A stretch of DNA of 59,918 nt, counting the filler, from Sphacelaria rigidula (taxonomy: Eukaryota), in NCBI GenBank assembly GCA_964200075.2. It is 6 parts of 6 records of this genome, joined end to end, with 100 filler letters (N's around TTAATTAATTAA, not from the genome) between each part and the next. Parts side by side here need not be neighbours in the genome. Positions count along the whole stretch, not along the records: positions 10,005 to 19,908 come from CAXNAA020007518.1; positions 20,009 to 29,912 come from CAXNAA020007519.1; 4 more parts are not named here. One strand, given 5' to 3'. This document shows positions 11,300 to 24,027 of the stretch, one piece after another. Both the position numbers and the translations under genes were made by a program. Each line of letters begins with the position of its first letter. Position 1 is the first letter of the stretch. The notes beneath the pieces are model-generated. The model was not told the origin of the DNA, did not search any database, and saw only the letters and a program-made list of their open reading frames with translations.

Positions 11300-11950
11300 C
11301 CCCGAACTCTGACGGCCCCAGAGTCTCCCTCTGTCCCTTTCCTGTTTTGTATTTCTATGCCCTCACCATGTGCCTCGCTAAGAACACGAGCAGCCGCTTG
11401 AACGCGCACACCGTTGGCCTGCGGATGGTTTCCTCCTCTATGCCTAGCCCTTGGGACGATGCTGTCTGGGGCCTCTGCCGCACCTACTGCAATCCCTCTT
11501 GTCTCTATTGCGGGGATGTGGTGTCCCTGTCGAAACACGTACGAGTATTCCTAACAAATTCCTGAAGATTCACGACCAAAAGTGCCGAACATGCGGAGCA
11601 ACGTTTAATGAGCGCGCAGCTGATTGGCTACAGCAAGTGGTCAAAGGGCGCGGGTGGAATCCCAGTGCATGCCGCACGAAGCGGCCCGAATTCCGGTGCA
11701 GGTTTTCCAGGCGATTATTATTCACTGTAGCGTTCTACGAAATATACTATATATTAATGAAAGACGACGCCTGCTCCCACTGACTGTTATTGTACAGGGG
11801 ATGGTTGCCGTAAAAATCCGAACATTTGATTTGCATCAATCGTGCAGACGAGAGCAGAGCTTCGCCCCCCCCCGTCAAGTTACACATATCGACCAGATTT
11901 GAGATCATTGTGACTTCACACGAGCGGAACGACCCTGTACTTTGCAATAA
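11300..11950 (-). pseudogene. Possible piggyBac-like transposase C-terminal relic
   Basis: LVDMCNLTGGGEA resembles the YN..MGGVD motif, followed by F..I..NA and then HHIPAI / CSRC / CAFK pieces in shifted frames resembling the Cys-rich tail; heavily decayed. Confidence 0.35.
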
Positions 11951-14489
11951 TCCATATATTTATAGATCCGATTTTCTTAGGGGGGATCGTCAGCGGAGTT
12001 GTTGAGCTGCTGTGTTTGTGACATTTTGTCTCTGCCTGTGCTCGTTGATTGCTTTCTCCCGCGAGCTGACTTCGGGTCTGAAAGGAAACTCCGCTTTGAG
12101 CGGAATTTTAATGGAATTTTTGATCAATGCGTCTCGTGGCAACATGAACTACGGCTGAATGGTCGAATAACCGCAGCGACAGAGGGGGAGAAAGAATATA
12201 TCAGGCGAGACGATAGGGGAGGGGCTAGAGAATCACTGCTTCTCGCTTGAGATAAAACAGACAGCTACATGGTGAGAACCCGACAAGCAAATCATATGCC
12301 ATCATTCTGCTTGACCACCCATGTGCGTACCGGTGGGAGGTTCACAACACGCCCTGGGTGATCATGTTTTCGTCGTGGAATTCCTCGGACTGCAGCGTTG
12401 CGGCCCCTGAACATCACGTTATTGGGCAAGCATTAGTAGAGTATATTTTGATACATGGGATCCGCGGGGATGGAAAGGTTGTCTTTCTAGAAACAATCGA
12501 GTCTTCACGCTACCGTACGAGTACTTGACTTGGCGTAACACCTCGTTGCCCCGTCTCCCTCTGTGCAACCTTGATTTTTCTCTGAACGTGCGGGAACCAC
12601 ATCGCTTGTGACCTCGTTACCATGATTTCGCCTTGGAGATCTGTATGCGTATGTCGAACGGGGTATTTCGACATTGGACGTTCTTTTATTGGGAAGTATC
12701 GAGAATCAAAACGGAGGTGGGCGGGTTGGGGGCGGGAGCGGAGGGGAAGGGGGGTTCAACACCGCCTAGGATGATTCACTGTCTGTTTTTCTCTCCTTCT
12801 ATTGTGGAGGTCAGATGATGCTGGTCAGCGCTTCTTTCAAATATCGCGGTCCATCTACCGTCTATGTTGAAAGAATACTGAACGTATTTCTTCGCACCAC
12901 ACTGCCTTGTCTGTACTGTACTGTACCGTACAACAGTACTGTGATTGGACGGTCTGTTGTACTGTACAGTAGTACTGTGCTGTTGTAACAGTACTGCTTT
13001 GAACTCTTCTGTGCTGTACTTCTGTCTACGATGGTGAAAAATTGTAACGGACCGAAGGCGCGGTCGCTGTCGGCGACAACTAGCCCAGCCCCACAGGGGT
13101 CTCTGGAGGGCGTTTTTTTTAGGGTAAAGAGGCCAATTAACCGCATAAGACTGTCTGTACAACAGTACCACGAATCACATCAACTCTTGTGTATTGCGCG
13201 AAAGCACGCTCATCCTCTTCAGAGCTCGTTCGGAGTACAGTACTCTTGTATATGAGGAAAACAGGTGTGTAAATTGAGCAAATAAATGTTTTGCGGATAA
13301 ACTGGAGGAGACAAATCAGAGATGCAACTCCAAGCAAAAATCAAACAGCCGAATAGCGACACGAGATGCCTGCCTCGGACAGCCACAAAATTGCCACGGC
13401 CAGCTGCGGTTATCTGTGGCGCGCGCTCATAGGTAACACGTAGCAAGAACATGGGGAGATGCGTGGGGACCTCAAGGTCTGCAAAAGTGTCGAAATTGCA
13501 GTCAGTGTCTAATCATTGCGTAGATACACCTGCGCAACAGAGGGCCTGTGCGGCCAGGTGTGCATGTACGGATAACAGACAGATGCCCGTGTGCCAATGA
13601 GCATCACCTTCAGTTTACAGGAGAGTTGTGCCCACTGTTGTCATCTGTCATGTCCTCGCAACAATGCCGCGCATTCAACAACTGACTGTTCTCTATTTTA
13701 TTCGTTGATTCTAGTTGATTCCCCTTTTTACACCTTATTTTGGGTAGTTAGCATGTGACACAGAATCTGATGCATGCCTAGCACGGAAGAGGTACAAGTA
13801 CTGCGCAGATATCGGAACGGTTTTTGAATCTGAAGACGACGACGACAACAACAACAACGACCATGACCACGACAACGACAATAACAGCGTAAGATGTTCA
13901 AGGTCATCTCCAGAAGAGAGGATCAAAACAACATCAGCCAGTACAGTACGTGCAAAGTAAGCAAAACACGTCCACGTATACTCCTACTCGTGCAGACAGG
14001 GGTGGAGTTTGAACGTTCGCACATGGGTGAATCAGGCCATGATTTGTACCATTAGAGCATTGCTGTGATTCTATGAATTCGCCATTCGTAGGTCATGTTT
14101 ATCCGTGAATCTTTGATAACCCCACGCTCATACTGTATCCATTGGTGCTGACTGCACCTCTCGACATTTTTCTGTATCACGAGGTATCCCTTTCAACCGT
14201 TTCCCCACCACTTGTTCGTGCGAGGGTGGAGATTTCGTGCGTCTTTCCCGCCAGTGATCCGTAAACCTCTGGCGCTTGTCAGGGGTCCCCAAAATATTCA
14301 GACCTCTGAATAAGCACGTACTATTACAACATACATCCAACAACAACAACAATGACGACGACAACAACAACAATCTCGGCCTGCAGTGTCGCTGCATCCC
14401 AGACAAGGACGCAGACCCTCCTTTCCTATGATGGAGCAGCGGTTTCCGTTGGTTCCTGTTCTCAGGTGCGGGTTGGCGGTTATAGACAA

Positions 14490-14960
14490 AATTTACATCG
14501 GATCACCGAGAATTACTCTTGAAATATCCTACCGAAAGTTTCGATATACCTTACCGAAATATCGGACTGAAAATGGTTCCGAACTATGTTCGACACTTCG
14601 ATACCGAGTTTCGGTTCGGTGTTTTCACAGGCACGGTAGGTAAGGTAGGTACCCGGTACCGGTATTTGGGACATTTCATACCCCACCAATACCGATTCAA
14701 TCGGGAGTTTTCAAATGCCATACCTACGATACCCACGATACCACGATATTTCAATATTTCAATATGTACCGTACCCGCCCGATCAGGTATTTTTGTATTT
14801 TCAAAAGTCGTACCTACGATACCACGGTATTTCGAGATTTCAATACCTACCGCACCCGCTCAGTCAAGTATTTTCAACTCTCATATATCGTACCTACGAT
14901 ACCCACGCATATCACGTTATGAGATACCCCGGTAAATACCAGGGGCATCCCCGGTAAATA
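14490..14960. mobile_element. Non-autonomous DNA element built of TACCG/GATACC motif arrays
   Basis: Dense TACCG/CGGTA repeats; matching pieces at 15505-15535, 17450-17489, 18001-18020 and 43236-43560. Confidence 0.6.
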
Positions 14961-16215
14961 CCGGACGCGATGCACTCCCCACGGTGCAGCAGCTGGTCCC
15001 AACTTACGTAAAGGCCAGAAGTTGTCGGAGCAGGTACGTCCATTTTTTCCACAACTAATATATATCCAGATTCCCCCTGCTTCTCGTGTTTGGATCAATT
15101 CAAATGAACTTAATATTATATGGTCTGATGTTCTTGGTGAAGGGATATAAATAATATATCATCGTTACGGTGCTATGCATTGCTTCATCATTCATGCCGA
15201 AGATGAACATTAGATACACAATAATATTCCACGTGCAAAAAAGTGGAGAGAAAAAACGAATAGGAGGAAGAGCAACAGAAAAAAATGAGGAACCCCAGGA
15301 CGCATGGAGTTTACAAAATAGACAACAAGGTGCCAGAATACCGATTATATAACCTTGCATATGTATACACACATGAATATATCGAGAACACTGCGCCGTT
15401 GTCGGATGCTCTAGATGAAAAAATCCAACTACATGAAGAGGCAAACCCTGCTCTTACGTACTACTGAAACGCTTCTTCGCTCTGCCGCATGACAGTTTTG
15501 AAATCGGTACAGAGGGTAAGGCAGGTACCCGGTACAACAGTAGGTGGCCCGATATTGCGAGGGCGTGGGTTTCGCGGCATAATCGTCGCTATATCGGGCA
15601 CGTCGCTATTCCGGAATAGCGACGACTTAGTCGTTATTAGTAACTAAATAGCGACGATAACCTCGCTATGAATGCGCCCTATACGCAGAGAAGCAGCAGG
15701 TATTCACCCACAATATTGGCAAGAGGGTACTGGTATGCCCCGTGTATGACTTCCGCACACAAGTCGAGTAGTACTGGACGACGTTCTTTCATCATATGTG
15801 CAAGCATTTGTAACAAAAAACGTGTACAGCAGTACAGTACTGTACCATAAACGCATGTATGCTTGGTCAGCCGCATTGCAACGGACCATTTTTCAATCAC
15901 GAAACAGCATTACTGCTATACTGTACGTTGCTGTCGCACAAATCGTACAACAACCAAGCGTCACGTCGACGTCGTTTGTTTCTGTTGCTGGGGTGTTGGA
16001 TGTCTAGTGAAAGCATCATCAACCCTTCCGATCTCCATCCAGTGAGCAGAGGTCAAACACGAAAATGTAGAGTCCGATTTAACCACGAAGACACGGCCCA
16101 CCAAAAAAACAAGAGAACCAGAAAACAAACCCACCCGCGAGCAGGAATTTCTTAGAAGAAAACAACGAAGAAAATACACTCGCCCACGCGCTGGAGGTTC
16201 CAAGACAACTCAGTT

Positions 16216-16600
16216 TTAAGCAAATGATCTGATGTGTGACTGCTTCCCCGGTTTGGCGGCGTACGCGGCCAGGAACCCCATCTTCGCCTTGCGAAGAAGA
16301 TGGAGCTTAGGCTCGTCCAACCCGCACGACTCTGCATACTTTTCTAGTGGGCCAAAAAACATCGACAGTTCAGAGTACGGGGGTGGCTTCATCTTCCCCC
16401 AAGCCTCCGCGCTATCGACATTGTTATTGTGGTCTTCCTCTTGGTCTGACAGGCACTCGTCCTCAACATGGTCATTTGCCACTCCCTCGAAGAAAATAAT
16501 GTCCCTTGCGTCTTGGGACAGAGCGTCCGCAATCTCCTCCTGCTCTTCCAGCTTGGGCTGTTGAATGAACCCTCCAACTTTCTGATACGCTTTACGCTTG
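16216..16600 (-). pseudogene. pogo/Tc1-mariner transposase C-terminal remnant in a deleted element (about 15537-17140)
   Basis: Acidic stretch plus PPPYSELSMFFGPLEKYAESCG..HLLRKAKMGFLAAYAAKPGKQ; a similar tail lies inside the TIR/TA-bounded pogo at 41284-43230; TCGCTAT/ATAGCGA subterminal motifs at 15543-15670 and 16905-17000. Confidence 0.6.
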
Positions 16601-17282
16601 GACAGGCTGAAGGCGCTCTCTTTCCCCTTCTGCCTCTTAGCGACGCACGGAATGCCGATAGATGCGGTTTATTTCGTTGCTTTCGGGGTCTTCGGCCTCC
16701 CCACAAGTGCCGTGCACCCGACCACGACACCCAGCGCGGCAAGGATGCCCGCTGTTTCCTGACAGGGGCGTAGAAATTTTACACAACTCTCCATACGCAC
16801 ATGTCGGCATGGGCGTGACGAGTATGTTGTGCTGTAGTGCTGGCGTTCACAGCAGTGTGCATGTGTTCGTGGTGTGTTTGTAGAGGATGGGTTCCGCAAC
16901 TTTTTCGTAACCATCGCTATTACGTACTGAAGAAGCAGCCAAATCATCGCCATTGCGGCCAGTGCCCAATATAACGATGAATAGCCGCTATATCGGGCCC
17001 GCGCCGTGCCAAGAGATTTCATCGTCGTTATGTCGGCCATTTCTTCATTCAGGCCCTCCCTATATGGGGCCAAATTCTGTATTTCTTCAAAATTTGCAAT
17101 GTATGAGTCAGGGACGCATGAGCGATACATTAGCTGAAACGCATTCATACTTTGTCAGAATAGCGATCAGAACGCGCCTCATGCTCGAACAAGGCAGCCA
17201 CCATGAACCTCCCACTTGATGAAACGTTACAACGTCGTACGTGGCATTCATTTGCCCTCGACATGGTCGAAGCGAAACGTTT

Positions 17283-17449
17283 CATTTTACGTTACACGTC
17301 ACGATAAACGTTTGAATATCGTTACTGTGACGTGACGTGACGTGACGCATAACTTTCTAAGACGTCAAAAAGTGCGACTTGACGTGACGTATACTTTTTA
17401 AGAAGTCACATTTGTGACGTAACGTGTGATGTGTAACGTAAAGAGCCCC
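17283..17449. mobile_element. MITE fragment with (GTGAC)n arrays
   Basis: TTTACGTTACAC...GTGTAACGTAAA inverted ends and repeated GTGAC. Confidence 0.6.
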
Positions 17450-17489
17450 GAAAATTTCAATACCTACCGTACCCGCTCAATCAGGTATT

Positions 17490-18000
17490 AACACTGTATT
17501 CGTGAGATTCAGAGGGTAGTTTCAGATTCAGAGACCCGAAACAATTGACTTTCCCGTCGATTTTGACATCGTCACAGTTCGAGGAGTAATGCGCCCAGCT
17601 GATGAAGCGGTGGCTTCAATGGAAGCTGTCACCTACACGATCAATTTGACNNNNNNNNNNGTGCCTGCAATGTAAGCTGTCACCGACACGATGAAGTTGA
17701 CACATCACTTGATCGCAACGACCTAGTCAGTCCATTGCAACAAAAGACCCCCTCTTTCAGGAAAAACCGATTAGTGCCTGAATCCGTTTCAGTTCCGAAA
17801 TGCCCCCCAGGCGTAAAAGTGCTTTGTGCGGTATCTGACCAACCAGACCGCCGAATTCCTCGAATGGGGTACTGTACGGTAGCTGCATGCACAGGGCGTA
17901 TGCTCAAGCAAAAAAAAAGGGGGGAAAGTTGCCTGTTAGGAACCCTAGAGCATCCAATCTGAATCTGAAACTACCCTCTGAATCTCACGAATATAGTGTT
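17490..18000. mobile_element. MITE, AAC...GTT termini, about 43-bp TIR, TATT flanks
   Basis: AACACTGTATTCGTGAGATTCAGAGGGTAGTTTCAGATTCAGA versus its reverse complement at 17958-18000; interrupts the TACCG element; internal GTTTCAGTTCCGAAATGCCCC shared with 8803-9103. Confidence 0.9.
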
Positions 18001-18029
18001 TATTTTCGAAAGTCATACGTACTCATGAT

Positions 18030-18172
18030 CAGTGTTGAAAATCGGATATCGATACTGGATGCGATTTCGGTAAATATCATCGATATGGCGTACCGATATC
18101 GCCGGTTTCCAAGCCGATATTTGTCGATACATATCAATATCAAAATCGACATCGGATATCGATATCGTCAAT
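18030..18172. repeat. GATATCG-motif array (MITE fragment)
   Basis: Repeated ATCGATA/GATATCG palindromic motifs. Confidence 0.55.
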
Positions 18173-18189
18173 ATATATATATATATATG

Positions 18190-19446
18190 CGAGCTGGGTC
18201 GGCCTAGACGCGAATTTGTGGTTTGCAGACCCCGTCTCACCTCAATTTTGCGAGTTAGACTCTGAAATTTGGTACGGAAGTAGAGTAGGGCATCCTAAAA
18301 AGCTGTCTATCGGGACGAGTATTTTTGTCTTCTGTGAGTTGATGGCAATAATCATTATTGTACCTAGATATCAGAAAAACACTGTTAACTCACGAAAATA
18401 AAAATAAAACACTTGTCCCGATCGACAGCTTTTCATCATGCCCTGTTCTTCCTCCGTACCAAATTTCACAGTCCGGCTCGCAAAATTGAGGTGAGACGGC
18501 GGGGCGATTCAGAAACCGGCCCCGCCGGACGACATTCGGAACAACATTTTCCAGACGATTTACCGACCTAGGTTTGGTACTTGTGTTTTGAATCTTTGTC
18601 TGGGAACCTCGCCAGGCAATAACCAACCAAAAGAAGTGGGAAAGGTTGATATATGTACATATATATATATCACTTACTTAGGACGCTTTAGTATAGTGAA
18701 GACCATTTTTTCACGAGAATGCCCGTGCCTCTCCAAAAAAAATTGAAGAGCCTATTTTTTTTCTTCGGCATGCCTTCGCGATTCTCCACGATATGTTTCA
18801 CATCTCAATTCTCAAAATTGAGCTGAAAAACTGAGATGAGGTCCGAGAGCATTGTCCATCTTTCCTTGAAACTCCCCGAAAAAAATGAAAAAGAACTGGA
18901 AAAAAATGAAAAAGAACTGGAAAAAAATGGGGGAAAAATGGGACCCCCCCCCCCCGAGAAAGAATGGTTTGTTTTCATTATGCACCAGCGATTCTCCGTA
19001 CGACATTTCAAAGCACAACTCTCAAAAACTGGGACGCAATACCCAGATTTAGGGCATATATTGCCTCTCCCCGAAATATTTTGATTTTAGTAGAGAACAT
19101 TATGTGCGCCATATCTCGAGACAGATGACGAATTTGGCAAAAGGGGAGGCATCGATCGTTTCCCCGTGCTCCAGGGAAGATCCACACCAAAAATCGTCAT
19201 CATCCACTGTACATATCGTTCGGGGTTTCACATAGATGTTTGTATAGACGCTATCTCCGTACGGTATAGGAATTGCTAGACATGGGATTTAATCATCGAG
19301 AAAAAACTGGCCGAGACTTATGAGCACAAAGGCACCTTCCCCATGATCAGACGATGAATACGATATACAGATCACAGCCCAACTCGTCTGTGTCGATGAG
19401 ATATTGCTTTGAGAGCTTAAATCGGCGTCTAGGTCGGCCCAGCTCG
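18190..19446. mobile_element. Non-autonomous TIR element (Tc1/mariner-like) in (TA)n
   Basis: TIR CGAGCTGGGYCGRCCTAGACGC at both ends, flanked by (TA)n; internal inverted repeat of about 95 bp at 18232-18326 / 18406-18499. Confidence 0.8.
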
Positions 19447-19466
19447 TATTTATATATATATATATA

Positions 19467-19824
19467 TGTGGAAGACACCTCTTTGCAGAGACACATCAAA
19501 GATTGATGCCACACATGTATGAAGAAGCAGCGCATGCAGGTACAAGGTAGGAACGGTCCGAAAGAACCAGATTACCGGGACCCTGTAAGGCCAACGATAC
19601 TAGACAACTAGGGGTGATGCCAGGACGAGCCTGATATCAGGGCGGCCCAACATCCCCCGAGGAACCGGTCACCCAGGGTGATCACACTCATGTCTGACCC
19701 ACTTCTTGCCTACATATCACAAGAGGAAATCATCGCCAGCCTCGAAGTTCCTTCGGCATCAGGACGACATCTTCAACGACAGTCTCCCCCGCTGGTCTCT
19801 GTCTACCCCAGCGATACGCCTTCC
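19467..19824 (+). mobile_element. Gypsy solo LTR (same family as 36913-37274)
   Basis: TGTGGAAGACA...GATTGATGCCACA...TCTGACCCACTTCTTGCCTACA collinear with the contig-4 LTR; no PBS or PPT adjacent. Confidence 0.85.
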
Positions 19825-19908
19825 GCGCAGATATCTATTTTCCGGGGGTGGGGGAGGGGGGGGGGGGGGGGGGGGGGTTGGCTGATTTTTTGGTTTTTGT
19901 TTTCCTCG

Positions 19909-20008
19909 NNNNNNNNNNNNNNNNNNNNNNNNNNNNNNNNNNNNNNNNNNNNTTAATTAATTAANNNNNNNNNNNNNNNNNNNNNNNNNNNNNNNNNNNN
20001 NNNNNNNN
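19909..20008. other. Artificial contig spacer
   Basis: N44-TTAATTAATTAA-N44. Confidence 0.99.
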
Positions 20009-20775
20009 GTTTTCGTGCTTCTGGTCATTTTTCGTACCTTTCCTAGGCAAAAAACGAGAAGGTATATCTTTTATAGGCCATTGCCCTATATTTTGCCCTT
20101 CCTGTTTCGCCGTCTGTGGCGACCATCTTTCTCCTAATATCACGATGCTTTTATCGCTGTTGTCTAATGTACCGAACGGCGGGGAGTTTGTACTCACGAT
20201 CTTGCATGCCGCAGTAATATGACCCTTGACGAGCAGGGCGCGCGCGGGGGGGTACTCATTCGTTGCTTGCCTTGGTCAGTTGACCGTTGACCATGCATCC
20301 CTTTCGAGATGGAGCACCGTTCTTACTCCAACTAGGGATACCTGCAACATTCCGGCGCTCATCGCGTTTCTTCTAGACACTACACAAAACACTACACAAA
20401 GCATTTTTACATATCCTATCCCTTTCGTGGTTCGCCGTCTGTGGCCACCATCTAGCTCTCAGTACAGCGATCGCTTCCTCGCTACTATACTGCCAATGTA
20501 CCCAACGATTTCATGGCACTTTCCTTCACCTCTTATCTTCCCTGCTGTAACAGGTCCCTGTCCTCCTTGTGTAGCTCACATCCTTCCACCATCTGAGTTC
20601 TACTCTCTATTGCTTTGCCACAAGGACAATTACGTGCATCCCCTTCCTCCTCCAGCCGACTACTAGTATACCTCCTTACTGGCAGGTCAGACGAGGGGGG
20701 GGGGCGTACTCATTTGTTGCTTGCCTTAGTCGTTTGACCATTGACCACGCATCCCTTTCGAGACGGAGCAAGAGG
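20009..20775 (-). mobile_element. Stacked 3'-end fragments of a LINE-like repeat
   Basis: Two copies of a coding end (FGTLDNSDKSIVILGERWSPQTAKQEG; SSEEAIAVLRARWWPQTA) and two copies of a 3' UTR (GCTCCrTCTCGAAAGGGATGC..GGCAAGCAAC); another copy on + at 46760-46850. Confidence 0.65.
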
Positions 20776-21158
20776 GGAGGGGGAGGGCGTCGAACCAATG
20801 ATGGGGAGGAAGTGTGCAGGGACGTGCTTTTTAGAGGGGGGTGTTCAAGCCTCCTTTCTTGAACCCAAAATACCCGCGTCAGCTCAACACAAAAACCAAA
20901 AAAAGGACCCCGTGAGATTTTTTTGCGTAATCATTTCCAACACCCGTACGTTAGTTAACAGCCAACCTTCTCCTTTGTACAAACAAGCACTGTACAGTGA
21001 TTTTGTCTCCCTGACGCAGTCAAAGAAGCTAGCTCAATCGAAAAATAAAACGGGGCGGAGCGGAACAAAACGGAAACCATTTCGTGTTTGCTACAAGGCC
21101 AACCACAATTCCAACGGGCACCGACCGGCGGCGGCCCACAAGTCACCCGGTTTTTCAC

Positions 21159-21859
21159 CTTCCCCCGATGTTGCTTCTCGTGATGTCGGGGCAGCCGTCA
21201 CCGCCGCGGATGTGTCGGCCTGCGTGGAGACCACGGCCGCGGACGAAGAATTGCGCTTGTTACGTCTGCGCCCACCCCCTCCCCCTCCCCCGGCGCCGCG
21301 GGTGGCGGCGACAGATGTCAAGGTACGGACACCTGCCATGTTTTAGGGTGTTGGTTCGGAGATGTTGATTGATTTATTGATTGAATATCTCATATTAGCT
21401 GATTACAACAATCCAGCCCGTGGTCAGGGTGTAAAACAGAACAGTAGCTGTCCTTCGTGATATTTTCAAGTCTCGCCCAAAGTGAATATAGTCCTGAATG
21501 CTACCAAGATAAGTACTGCCGTCCAACTTTCGTGAGCTCTGGACCGTGCGCAATTCGCTGTACACTGTGCTGAAAAATGGGCAAAGCATACGCGATGTTG
21601 GTATACCTCAAACAACCCACCAAGCACAGCATGCTAGAGTGAAGGGTTGTGAATTAGTGCAGTACCGTGGGCCCGAGATATTCCTGTTCGCCTCACCTTG
21701 TAAACGCGCGACCCGTGCCGCCGGTCGTTGAGCGAGCACCGAGGCCCTTGCTCCTGCCGGCGCCGTCCCCGACGTCGTCGTTTCCCTCATCGCTAATCGC
21801 AAGGCGGAAGCGACTCTTACCCTTTGCATCCCACTCCGTATGATTGGAGTGGAGTGCAT
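21159..21859 (-). CDS. 5' two exons of a host gene with a mitochondrial-transit-like N-terminus (exon 1 21859-21697, exon 2 21332 to about 21159)
   Basis: ATG MHSTPIIRSGMQRVRVASALRL...ARLQ, donor G|GTGAGG, acceptor CAG|GT in matching phase giving LQ-G-VRTLTSVAATRGAGGG; Arg/Ala/Ser-rich and acid-poor leader; downstream exons not identified. Confidence 0.65.
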
Positions 21860-22479
21860 AGCTCTGCAGGCGTCACGATCCGTTTCTGTCGTTTTTGCTG
21901 TTCTTCCTGTTGCTGTTGCTGTTGCTCCTCCGACAAAGGCGAAGGCTGGCTCCGAAGGCTACCCACGTGAGTAGAAAAAAAAATCGTGTGGTTGGGCGAG
22001 GAGAAGCGAGACGGGGGCGGGTGTGGGAGCGGCACATGTATGTGAATGGAGTGCAGACAGTAGACAGCAAGCATACAAGACTTCATGGCTGGAGCAATGA
22101 ATGCATGTGAGAAGAGCCGGAGAAATAGATTTGCTGGAGGCAAAAATACAAACTGCTCACAGGACGATTTGAACTGACACAGAGAGCTGGGCGTGAGGAG
22201 TGAAAACCTCAATGGGGGGAGGGGGGTTGTGATCACGTGCACGTTTGGACAAGAATATCAGAGCCCAGGGGACGGGTTTACTCGGATTCATCAAGACCTC
22301 ACTACCTCATGTCATGGTTAACCGACGGTAACACACACACCTGTCCTTGTTGAACTCCAAACCTGATCCTAACCCAATCCCTAACTCCCCAACCCAGCGC
22401 GTACCAATAAGCCTCGGACAAGGACACGTCAAAAAGCGCTCTAGGAAAAGCGGGCGTTGGCAAAGCTCACGTCGGCGCC

Positions 22480-22690
22480 AGAGAGCACTTGAGAGGGTCA
22501 CCCGACTGAAGGGTAGAGTTTACCCCAGTGCGGCAACGATCAGCTGCATCCATGGTCGACACTACTTGATTCGAGTCTGAACACCGAGATTCGGATCTTT
22601 AGTGCGACTGACAGTCCCGAGTGCTCCCAGTGTGCGCAGAACGTGTCTTCGTCGAAATCGGCGCCTACGCACACTTTCCGTTGGGAACCC
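22480..22690 (+). repeat. Interspersed repeat, also at about 48130-48290, flanked here by telomere-like motifs
   Basis: TACTTGATTCGAGT..TTCGGATCTTT..ACAGTCCCGAGTGCTCCC shared; CCTAAC-like at 22366-22395 and GTTAGGG-like at 22728-22752. Confidence 0.75.
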
Positions 22691-23975
22691 TCCGCACCCC
22701 CCTTGCCTGGGGGTTCTCGGTATGCCTTGGGTTGGGGTTCAGGTTAGGGTTTGCATTACTTGTGAAATGTGTTAACGATGGGTAGATTGTGGTCAAATTG
22801 GGGTAACCCACGTCCCACTGATCGTCTGAATCTCGGTGGCGACAGTGAAGTCAAGCGTGTTTCAACCGTGTGTTCCTTGACGAATCGGCACACTCTACGG
22901 GAGCCTCGAGTACGCACAGTAATACAGCACAGCGCAGCAGGTGTTCACGAACGCCCACCGACTGGAATCGGAACAAAAGCGTCCGCAACGGTTTCGCCTA
23001 CTGTACTGGTCAGGCTCGAGCTTAAGCTACGTTTCCGTACACCCCAATGCAACATGTATGCAGATGACTCCGCTCCCCTAATGCCTTCACTACTGTCGTC
23101 CGTAGACGTCATGCATGTTGAAGGTACTGTCACTATTATAGAGCGCATGTCTCGCGAAGCTTGAAAGGCGCGCAAGGAGGTACCGTGCTGAAAACCCGTA
23201 CCGTGGTCATGTATCTCGGAGTTGTTTGTGTTGCCTGCTGGCACCAGGCTGTGAAGCAAAAACTACATACTGCACACCTACGATAGTAGTCGTAACGTGC
23301 GTTATCGTAAAAAGAGTCCACCGCCATGGGTAGAGTACTACACATTTTTTCGGAACTGAATCCATCATTCACAGGAGTTGAAGTTGCGTAGGAGCATGAG
23401 ACTGGAATCGAACTTTCTGTGCTGTGTGTGTGCAAAGGAGGTGTAGCTTTAACGCATGGACTCAAGTCGCGCCAGATGCACGCCAGCTATCCCGCCTGCT
23501 GTTTGCCGAGGTATTGCTCTGGCTGTCTCGACGGCTGTCCCACTTGCTGGTATCGAGGCATTGCTCGGGTCGCCTTGGGGCTACAGAGCTAACGCTTGTT
23601 GTGTGTCGACAGGACTTTGCAGCGTTTCTGTTTCGAGCGATCTGGAAGACTCCTGCTGTGTTGCGGATGCAATAAACAGGGAAAGTTCAATCCAAGGTCT
23701 GCGCTGATGGTATGTAATTTGATAAATATGTCTTGGCTCTTGGGGTGGTGTTGTACAGCCGACAGGACCGTTCAGTCAAACTGTACGGTAGCCCGTTTCA
23801 ACCTTTCAATGTGCATGCTGCTGTACCGCCACAACATTTTCAAGTTTTACCTTCTGGTTGCATGAGAGACAATCCGCATTTCTTGACCAAAAAACGCTAC
23901 AATCCCTCGTTTACCAGCAATCTCCAGATATATACTGCCCACCTTGGTATGTTGAGACGATTTTTTTGACGTCCT

Positions 23976-24027
23976 GGCACCAGCACCAGCACCAGCACCA
24001 GCACCGGCACCAGCACCAGCACCAGCA
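23976..24027 (+). repeat. (GCACCA)n microsatellite
   Basis: About 8 tandem hexamers. Confidence 0.95.

Noticed and set aside
23040..23075. YADD motif in ORF 22769-23164 as a LINE reverse transcriptase
   Set aside because: No upstream QG motif or other RT blocks; likely chance
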